This document shows, one piece after another, positions 57,301-64,000 of a stretch of DNA of 64,000 bases. The DNA is from an uncultured Gammaproteobacteria bacterium (lineage in GTDB: Bacteria > Patescibacteriota > Patescibacteriia > UBA10025 > JAHIVO01): NCBI GenBank assembly GCA_964415025.1, contig CAYPXF010000001.1, positions 78,629-142,628 on the forward strand, written 5' to 3'. The position numbers were made by a program, and so were the translations under genes. Each line of letters opens with the position of its first letter. Position 1 is the stretch's first letter. The notes beneath the pieces were generated by a model. It was given only the letters and a program-made list of their open reading frames with translations, was not told the origin of the DNA and did no database searches.

Positions 57301-57792
57301 CTAAAATATTATGCGCCACACAAAAATACCGATCATCACCGCGCCGACGGCAAACTTGATTACCCCGCCGCCGATTAGCCCGATAAAACTTCCGGTACTG
57401 GAACGGAGAGCCTCACTGCTTCGCTTGCCGCCGATTAGCTCAAATCCGTAGGCGCCGACAAACGAACCGATTATCAGTCCGGGTAATCCGCTGGTGAGAA
57501 GACCGATAAACATCCCGGCCAGAGCGCCGACCATGCCCAGTTTGGTACCTCCCATGCGCCTGACACCGTACATGGTAGCCAGATAATCAATCAGCAGGCT
57601 AGCCGCAGTCAGAATAGCGAACAGGGCAATCGTATTCCAGGTAATAAGCTCAAACCCTTCGATAATAGCAAAGACAAATGCCGCGCCAAATATCAGCGGT
57701 ATACCGGGCAGTACTGGCAGTAGCACGCCCCACAGCCCGACAAACATAACCAGGAGGATAATGACGAAAAGGATAACCAAGCCGATAGACAT
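57301..57792 (-). CDS. DUF456-like integral membrane protein
   Basis: 4 TM, Gly-rich helices; family assignment tentative. Confidence 0.45.
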   Translation of the reverse strand: MSIGLVILFVIILLVMFVGLWGVLLPVLPGIPLIFGAAFVFAIIEGFELITWNTIALFAILTAASLLIDYLATMYGVRRMGGTKLGMVGALAGMFIGLLTSGLPGLIIGSFVGAYGFELIGGKRSSEALRSSTGSFIGLIGGGVIKFAVGAVMIGIFVWRIIF

Positions 57793-57795
57793 GAC

Positions 57796-57993
57796 TTAAA
57801 ACGGTTTAAACGGATAATTGCGCACATCCTGCTCTGCTTTATCATGTGTCACTTTCTTGTCGCTTCGCTGCCACCCTTCACTCGTTTTTTTCATGAGGTA
57901 CAGTATGACACCGAGCCCAATGGCGATCAGCATGGGGAATCCCAGACTGTGCGCATCCGTGAAAAAATAGACAATATACTCAAGCCATTCCAT
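57796..57993 (-). CDS. small membrane protein (65 aa)
   Basis: one TM; overlaps the start of the downstream gene. Confidence 0.3.
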   Translation of the reverse strand: MEWLEYIVYFFTDAHSLGFPMLIAIGLGVILYLMKKTSEGWQRSDKKVTHDKAEQDVRNYPFKPF

Positions 57994-58429
57994 CGTCTTT
58001 GTGCGTTAATTCAACAGTGGTTTTCCGCCTGATACCAAGCGTGGCGATAATAAGAATCGCGGTATAAATTAGAAATCCGTACACACATGCCGGCAGATCA
58101 CTAATTGGGGTTCGCAGTGTAACCAATTCATAAAATGAAAGTGACCCGGAAAATAACACGCCGACCACGGCGAGCCATAATATGCCCGCCATCCAGCCGC
58201 GTGTTTTGTTTCTCAAACCAAACAGCGCGAGTACGCCTACTGTTACATACATGCCAAAGCCGTATACGCAGGTAGGTAAGCCAAACAGCTCTATCGGTTT
58301 CGAACCGCAGCTGACTACCGCCTCTTGGCAGCCCGGTCCCCACAGTGTGTAGTAGGACAAATAACCGGAAAAAATAGTGCCGCCAATACCCAGTAGTAGC
58401 AGCACCCAATAGTATCGTATATAAATCAT
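57980..58429 (-). CDS. integral membrane protein with internal repeat (LPxCVYGF x2) and Cys pair, possible thiol-oxidoreductase-like
   Basis: 4-5 TM; GPGCQEAVVSC loop cysteines; repeated PTCVYGFGMYV / PACVYGFLIYT. Confidence 0.35.
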   Translation of the reverse strand: MIYIRYYWVLLLLGIGGTIFSGYLSYYTLWGPGCQEAVVSCGSKPIELFGLPTCVYGFGMYVTVGVLALFGLRNKTRGWMAGILWLAVVGVLFSGSLSFYELVTLRTPISDLPACVYGFLIYTAILIIATLGIRRKTTVELTHKDDGMA

Positions 58430-58431
58430 AA

Positions 58432-58692
58432 TTATTTTTTACCTAGTTTCTTTAATTCGTTTTCAATATCATGGGCCAAGCGGTTGCCGATTCCTTCAAT
58501 TTTTTGTAAGCCGGCCAGCCAGCTGTGCGCGTATATCTCATCCACGCCGCGGTCAAGCTTGCGCAGAGCACTCGCGGCCCGGCGGTAAGCCACGGCTCTG
58601 AATTTATAGCGCTCTCCCTTTTGCTCCAGAACGCCAGCTTTGGCTAAGAACACATTGGCAATACGCTGGTTAGTTTCAGATGTCATATGCAT
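58432..58692 (-). CDS. helix-hairpin-helix DNA-binding protein (pol X N-terminal-like)
   Basis: LQKIEGIGNRLAHDI HhH GIG motif. Confidence 0.4.
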   Translation of the reverse strand: MHMTSETNQRIANVFLAKAGVLEQKGERYKFRAVAYRRAASALRKLDRGVDEIYAHSWLAGLQKIEGIGNRLAHDIENELKKLGKK

Positions 58693-59458
58693 CTGGCTCT
58701 AGCTGTTCGCGTATTTCCAGCATGGCGTTCAGCTCTTTTGTGCACCAGGTATTTGGCACATATAAAAACGATCCCCGGGTAGCGTCCGGAACCTCGACAG
58801 TTTCAGACATAATGCACCTGCTGTCATCAATATGGCTCATGCCCACCTGGTGCCCTATCTCGTGCAGTATCGTAGAAGCGATAAACTGATCGCGCTGCCG
58901 GCTAGACCCAAATTCTAGATCGAGGATAGTATCATAAAAAAGCACTATACCGTCTTCTTCGACAGTCATGCCCACGTGCGATGGATTATCCGCATTGGCA
59001 TTGAGGCAAAGCACATAAAAAACCGCTTTCCTGCCGCCAGTGGATATATTTTGATGCCGTCTGGCTAATTTCCGTATGTGCTCATTGGTGTAGCTGCCTT
59101 GTAACAGCGCTAATTCTTCATTATAAACGACTTCATAGCCGTCTGGCTTTTGCAGAATTTTTTCAGCTTCCTCCTGTACATCAGCAAAGATTGATTCATC
59201 GAGCTCACATTCATCATACGAATCAACTTCAAAAACCAATTTCGTATAGTTCTCATCGAGCAAATAATCAGTTTTTCCATCACCGTCCCAGTGCAGACTA
59301 AAAAAATCCCGCACAACCGGATACCGGGCAAATGACTCACGCCAGCTTTCATTAAACCAGTTATCCTCATCCGCTACCGTCGCGAAATACCGGATCGTAA
59401 AATATGAACCAATCAATAGGATAAAAATAACCAGTCCGACGGTTAATATTTGCTTCAT
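58676..59458 (-). CDS. membrane-anchored zinc metalloprotease, metzincin-type (HExxHxxGxxH)
   Basis: HEIGHQVGMSH; N-terminal TM. Confidence 0.65.
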   Translation of the reverse strand: MKQILTVGLVIFILLIGSYFTIRYFATVADEDNWFNESWRESFARYPVVRDFFSLHWDGDGKTDYLLDENYTKLVFEVDSYDECELDESIFADVQEEAEKILQKPDGYEVVYNEELALLQGSYTNEHIRKLARRHQNISTGGRKAVFYVLCLNANADNPSHVGMTVEEDGIVLFYDTILDLEFGSSRQRDQFIASTILHEIGHQVGMSHIDDSRCIMSETVEVPDATRGSFLYVPNTWCTKELNAMLEIREQLEPDAYDI

Positions 59459-59784
59459 AGTGAAAAGTTATCACCAGCCTCGAGTTTGACCCATGTTTCC
59501 CCTTCCCGGCGGTAGACCTTAAACGTGTGGACTTTTTCGGTGTCTGAATATAGCTTTTCCACGTGTGTTTCACTGCCAATGCGGCGTGAGCCGATTGTTT
59601 TTTCATCGACAACGAGCGGTGTACTAGTACGCTCGAGCTTCATCGTGCCCAGCGGGCCTTGGAAAACAATATACTCAACCAGGCCGGGTCCATCATCATC
59701 TGACAGCTCGCGTGTCTCATGTTCTATTACTTCAAATTCGTCCTGCACTCGGGCGATGATATCCCGCCATTTTTTATCATGCAT
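59455..59784 (-). CDS. hypothetical protein (109 aa)
   Basis: ORF overlapping the next gene by 4 nt (operon-like). Confidence 0.35.
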   Translation of the reverse strand: MHDKKWRDIIARVQDEFEVIEHETRELSDDDGPGLVEYIVFQGPLGTMKLERTSTPLVVDEKTIGSRRIGSETHVEKLYSDTEKVHTFKVYRREGETWVKLEAGDNFSL

Positions 59785-59848
59785 ATGGTAGCTAATTACT
59801 GTTCTATGGTATTATTGTACGTGGTTTGGCTGGTTCAGTCAAAATGTG

Positions 59849-60262
59849 CTATGCGGCGATATGCTGGTGTGCCTTATCCAGAATTAGTCGCACATTTGGA
59901 AAAGTCAGCCGCTGCCTGGCTTGTTCGTATTCCAGCCAGCAATAATCGCGGTGTTCGTCTGACAAGCTTATGGAATCGGATTTCGCGCGTGCGATAAAAT
60001 ACACTGCCTGCTTATGAGACAGCTTTCCCAAGCGGCGATATTTCCATGAATACGGCACCCGAAACGTGTCATCAAAATCAAGCTCTGCTAATCCGGTTTC
60101 CTCCCTGATCTCGCGTTTAGCCGCAGCAACCTCCCCTTCTCCCTGCTCAATATGGCCGCGCGGAAAATCCCAGTGTCCCTGTGGATACTGGAGTATTAAA
60201 TATCGCGGCCACCGTTCCCGTATATAATAAATAACTGCTCCGGCAGATTGTTCATCAAACAT
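59849..60262 (-). CDS. NUDIX hydrolase
   Basis: Nudix box GHWDFPRGHIEQGEGEVAAAKREIREETGL. Confidence 0.8.
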   Translation of the reverse strand: MFDEQSAGAVIYYIRERWPRYLILQYPQGHWDFPRGHIEQGEGEVAAAKREIREETGLAELDFDDTFRVPYSWKYRRLGKLSHKQAVYFIARAKSDSISLSDEHRDYCWLEYEQARQRLTFPNVRLILDKAHQHIAA

Positions 60263-60344
60263 ACATAGGTAATAATCACTGAAAAATCAGGACCGCTGCC
60301 TGCTGGCTAGCGGAGCCTGACTTTTCAAAATTATGAAACTGACG

Positions 60345-60509
60345 CTAGATCAGCCAGATCACTACAGCAGCGAGGATAATAACCAGGATTACGACCAGCC
60401 AAATACCAGCTTTGCTTCCGCCGCCACCCTGCTCCGGGGTTTCCGAGCCTTGAGGCGCGGGCTGCTGGCCGGCCGGCTGCTGCGGTTGGCCTTGTGGTTG
60501 ATTCTCCGG
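60345..60509 (-). CDS. unlisted 55-aa Gln/Pro-rich tail-anchored membrane peptide (MPENQPQGQPQQPAGQQPAPQ...IWLVVILVIILAAVVIWLI)
   Basis: own translation of the minus strand; AAGGA RBS about 9 nt upstream; below the ORF-track length cutoff. Confidence 0.35.
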   Translation of the reverse strand, partial: PENQPQGQPQQPAGQQPAPQGSETPEQGGGGSKAGIWLVVILVIILAAVVIWLI

Positions 60510-60584
60510 CATAGTATAGGTTCCTTTTGTTAATAATCAACCTTATATATAAGTATACCTTATATGGTTAAAAATGTCCAATTG

Positions 60585-61130
60585 TTACGGTTTTTTAAGT
60601 GTATACAGGAGATATGCGGCCATAAAATACGGTTCCTTTATTTGACCCTGTTTGAGCATTGATTGCAGCTTTTTTTCCGTGACAAATTCATGCTCGATAA
60701 ATTCAGCTTCCTCGGGTTCTGGCCGGCCGCGGCGCAGGCCGCGTGCGAGGAAAGCGTAAAATACTGTACCGCTGCGGGCCGGATTGGCGTAAAAGCGTCC
60801 CAGCAGGCGCATACTGCGGGCCGTATACCCCCCTTCCTCGCGCAGCTCGCGCCTGGCTGCCTGCACTGGTGTCTCGCCTTTTTCCACGCCGCCACCAATT
60901 GATTGGAATATTATTTCATTAACAGGATAACGGTACTCTTTGCACAGTAAAAAATTCCCTCTTTGATCCACGGCAATTACCGCAACCGCGCGGGCGCCCT
61001 TGTCATTGATATAATAATCATATGTTTTACCGTTTGGCAGGAGAACGACGTCTTTTGATACTTTAACAAACTTGTTCTGATACAATATTTCTGAATCTAG
61101 TTTTTTCCATTTTTTCAGCTTTGTTTTCAT
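60585..61130 (-). CDS. NUDIX hydrolase (ADP-ribose pyrophosphatase-like)
   Basis: Nudix box GGGVEKGETPVQAARRELREEGG. Confidence 0.8.
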   Translation of the reverse strand: MKTKLKKWKKLDSEILYQNKFVKVSKDVVLLPNGKTYDYYINDKGARAVAVIAVDQRGNFLLCKEYRYPVNEIIFQSIGGGVEKGETPVQAARRELREEGGYTARSMRLLGRFYANPARSGTVFYAFLARGLRRGRPEPEEAEFIEHEFVTEKKLQSMLKQGQIKEPYFMAAYLLYTLKKP

Positions 61131-61240
61131 GTTTTTAGTATACCACGATTAAACACAAAATTCCCCCTTGACATAACAGTGTTTTTATAGTACGGTACTC
61201 TATTCTGCTCATTTCATCAAAACATTCCAAGGAGGAACAC

Positions 61241-62056
61241 ATGCAAGGACACAAGGAACTTGAAGCAATCCCTGGCATTATCGCTAAAGTAAACATGGGC
61301 CATGAACCGGGCGATCTGGTAATTGATACCCACGGAAAATGCTATGCCCGGAAATGCTATGCCCGGCCCGCACAAAAAATCGAATTCAGCTTGGATTTTA
61401 CCGAACATCTGGATAATGTGGCCGCCCTTAAAATAACAGGCAGTACTGTGCAGGCTCTGCGGTCACACCGATCGGAAATTGGTTGCCGCTACCGCATCAC
61501 TATTCGGGTCATCAGAAACAATGATGTCGTATTCACTCCGTACGCGCATAATAACATCCGGCTGTTGACCGTGACTCCGGATGGCCATGGAGAATTGTGG
61601 GCTGTCGGGCTGGTTATCCAGCGCGGGCAGCTATACCTGGTCGAACACCGGATGTACGAATTCCAGTGCTACCGAGCGAATAACGGTCATCTTATTTGCC
61701 CGGTATTCCAGCAAAAGTATTCTTGCCGGTCCAGCTGGTCAGAAATGCTTACGCTCATCCGGGACATGGTGCCGGCACCGCGGACAGAACTGCCGCCGAT
61801 CGAGGAGTATGATACTCCCGAATCGGCAGAAAATATCCTCGACAGTAATGAGGGTATGATTCAGTGGTTTGATCCCTTCATGGGCATGGGCGCGGTACAA
61901 ACCCGACACGGTATCGCCCGGGTTACGGCAGACCAAATCCAAGGCAACGGCAATCTGGTTAATCCGGCTCCGGATACCAAGTGCTCATTCAGTAAAATTG
62001 TACGACCTGAAAAAGGCTCGTTCAAACTTGAGGTCAAGGATGTTTACCTCGTGTAA
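61241..62056 (+). CDS. hypothetical protein (271 aa) with in-frame tandem duplication KCYARKCYAR
   Basis: GGAGG RBS; strong terminator downstream. Confidence 0.45.
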   Translation: MQGHKELEAIPGIIAKVNMGHEPGDLVIDTHGKCYARKCYARPAQKIEFSLDFTEHLDNVAALKITGSTVQALRSHRSEIGCRYRITIRVIRNNDVVFTPYAHNNIRLLTVTPDGHGELWAVGLVIQRGQLYLVEHRMYEFQCYRANNGHLICPVFQQKYSCRSSWSEMLTLIRDMVPAPRTELPPIEEYDTPESAENILDSNEGMIQWFDPFMGMGAVQTRHGIARVTADQIQGNGNLVNPAPDTKCSFSKIVRPEKGSFKLEVKDVYLV

Positions 62057-62064
62057 TATTCTCT

Positions 62065-62098
62065 CCCCTGGTTATGGCCATAACCAGGGGATTTTTTT
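62065..62098 (+). terminator. rho-independent terminator
   Basis: cccctggttatgg/ccataaccagggg 13-bp stem plus T7. Confidence 0.6.
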
Positions 62099-62323
62099 AT
62101 GTAATTAAATACAAACCGAACCTCGACAAAGAAACTGACAACAGCACCTACCAAAAAAAATGACCACGCCAAAAATTAAGGACATAACCGGCACGCTGTT
62201 AATCAGCCGGCTGGCCATGACTTTATGGATGACATTGGAGCCGGCCCAGACCAAGGCTGCCGCCAGCGCTAAATTAAAACCAATACCCATAGCGGACTAT
62301 ATAATAATTTGCATCATATCGGC

Positions 62324-62695
62324 TTATTTTTTTCTCAAATGGTTTTTGATCTCTTGGAGTGTTTCTTTGATTTCGTCAATTTTTTCTCCGGATGCCACGT
62401 CTACTTCATAATCCAGCACGTCACGGATTTCATTTTCGCGCGATTCCCTGTTTTGGGCCATCAATACGAATGTAGAAAGAAATATCGCCTCCAACGACAC
62501 CACCAGCACCAGGAAAATAAAGGGGTATGGATCCCACGCTTTATCTCCCAGGATAATATTAATAACAATCCACGCAGTGAATATCGCAGCATGTACCCAG
62601 ACAAACCAGATATTCCCGACAAAATCAGAAATTTTATCGGCCAGCTTATCCGACCAGCTTAATTTCTCCTCGATAATTTTCTTTCGTCTGGCCAT
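62324..62695 (-). CDS. DUF1003-family membrane protein
   Basis: WDPYPFIFLVLVVSLEAIFLSTFVLMAQNRESREN matches the DUF1003 core. Confidence 0.65.
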   Translation of the reverse strand: MARRKKIIEEKLSWSDKLADKISDFVGNIWFVWVHAAIFTAWIVINIILGDKAWDPYPFIFLVLVVSLEAIFLSTFVLMAQNRESRENEIRDVLDYEVDVASGEKIDEIKETLQEIKNHLRKK

Positions 62696-62964
62696 ATGAT
62701 TATAATTACTAATTTATAATGTATAATTTAGAATTAAATTCTAAGCAGGAATATCCCCGCCACAAATATCTATTTTTTCAATTAAGAAGGGGGGTCCCGC
62801 CTTAGTGCCGAGCTAGCCGAGGCACGGATGGCGGTGATAATTTCTAACCAACTCCTAATTCCCAATTATCCAATTATTAGATAAATTTTGCAAAATTATT
62901 AGTACATTAGACATTGGTGTTTTGAATAGAAATTAGATATTAGGAATTGGAAATTAGGAGACTG

Positions 62965-64000
62965 TCAGTCTTGAGAATCTGATTTTGAATGGTAATAATT
63001 TCTCCCTACCAACTTCTTCGGCAAATACTCTTGTTTCCCTTCTTCCTCACTATAGTCATGCGAATATTTATAGTCCTGGCCGTAGTTGAGATCTTTCATC
63101 AGGTCGGTTACGGCGTTGCGTAAATGCAATGGTACTGGTTCATTCATCGTATCTTTGACATCCCGCTTGGCCTCCAGCAGACCGACATAAGCGCTATTAT
63201 CTTTTGGCGCTTTACTTAAGTATATCACGCCATGCGCTAAATTAATTTGGCACTCGGGATAACCGATTTTTTGCACTGCTTCGAATACATCCAGAGCGAT
63301 TCGTAAGGCGCCCGGATCTGCCATGCCCACGTCTTCCGAGGCAAAAATAACCATCCGGCGGGCAATAAACTCCGGATCCTCCCCAGCCTCGACCATTCGA
63401 TTGAGCCAGTAGAGCGCGCCGTTCGGATCAGAGCCGCGCATAGATTTGATAAAAGCGGAGATTACATTGTAGTGTTCTTCGCCTTTTTTGTCGTATTGCA
63501 GAACCTTATGCTGGAGGGCGTCTGCTACGGTTTTTTGGCCAATATGCTTAATGCCCTGGCTATCAGCAGAAGTGGCCTTGACAGCGATTTCTAAGGCATT
63601 GAGGGCGGTTCTGGCGTCTCCATTTGCCCCGGAAATAAGCAAATCCAGTGCTTTTGGAGCTAGTTTAACTTGCTGGCCACCTAGGCCTTTTTCCCTGTCT
63701 GTGAGGGCTCGTTTGATGATGCGGGACAATTGGGCCACCCCATGCCGCTCCATCACAAACACGCGCGAGCGGGACAGTAGCGGCGCGATAACTTCGAATG
63801 ACGGATTTTCCGTAGTCGCGCCAATCAGCGTAACAATACCCTTTTCTACATAGGGTAATAACGCATCCTGCTGGGCTTTATTCCATCGGTGTATTTCATC
63901 GACGAATAATATGGTCCGGTTATTATGCAGTTTGCGACGGTCAATAGCCTCTTTCACTATCTTCCGTAAATCAGCCAGCCCAGCCGTGACCGCGCTCACC
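62965..64000 (-). CDS. rarA: replication-associated recombination protein A (AAA+ ATPase), 5' end beyond the window
   Basis: Walker B/sensor ILFVDEIHRWNKAQQDALLPYVEKGIVTLIGATTENPSFEV; MgsA C-terminal domains. Confidence 0.85.
   Translation of the reverse strand, partial: VSAVTAGLADLRKIVKEAIDRRKLHNNRTILFVDEIHRWNKAQQDALLPYVEKGIVTLIGATTENPSFEVIAPLLSRSRVFVMERHGVAQLSRIIKRALTDREKGLGGQQVKLAPKALDLLISGANGDARTALNALEIAVKATSADSQGIKHIGQKTVADALQHKVLQYDKKGEEHYNVISAFIKSMRGSDPNGALYWLNRMVEAGEDPEFIARRMVIFASEDVGMADPGALRIALDVFEAVQKIGYPECQINLAHGVIYLSKAPKDNSAYVGLLEAKRDVKDTMNEPVPLHLRNAVTDLMKDLNYGQDYKYSHDYSEEEGKQEYLPKKLVGRNYYHSKSDSQD

Noticed and set aside
62700-62964. AT-rich intergenic region with partial inverted repeats (taattcccaatt / aattggaaattagga) before rarA
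   Set aside because: The repeats are short and low-complexity, and a weak GC hairpin (gtgccgag...cgaggcac) is not followed by a T-run; there is no convincing element.

Overview
The 64-kb window looks like chromosome from a small-genome monoderm bacterium; the gene content is compatible with a Patescibacteria/CPR-like lineage, but that is an inference. Coding density is high and GC is moderate overall, with AT-rich patches.

The housekeeping backbone is clear. It includes a division/cell-wall (dcw) cluster on the minus strand (mraZ-rsmH-ftsL-ftsI-murF), rplJ-rplL, a lexA-dinB SOS pair, tsaB, an archaeal-type pyrH, mltG, a mannose-1-P guanylyltransferase, pcm, uppP, mutM, two Nudix hydrolases, an ABC-2 exporter pair and a partial rarA.

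The accessory content is more striking.
- A roughly 11-kb cell-surface locus (37.1-48.4 kb). It holds a TasA/camelysin-like protein, a SipW-type signal peptidase fused in frame to a second secreted domain that ends in an LPRTG sorting signal, and two giant LPXTG-anchored DUF11-repeat adhesins (one with a VWA head, one with a Cys-rich repeat). The locus is flanked by CAP-domain and Ig-like surface proteins and by a Vsr-like DUF559 endonuclease sitting among structured repeats.
- An IS200/IS605-like (RAYT-like) HUH transposase with flanking hairpin repeats, plus a dispersed two-hairpin motif showing covariation at two distant intergenic sites.
- A sensory neighbourhood: three paralogous 7TM sensor modules (one complete histidine kinase, one 7TM-GAF, one 7TM-only), a C_GCAxxG_C_C-GAF protein and a deoxyribosyltransferase-like/RHH fusion.
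- A cluster of DnaA boxes in the mraZ promoter region.
- Small promoter-terminator transcription units in a 1.4-kb gene-free stretch.
- A ribosomal protein L7/L12 (rplL) with an unusual charged N-terminal extension.

No rRNA, tRNA or CRISPR array was detected.
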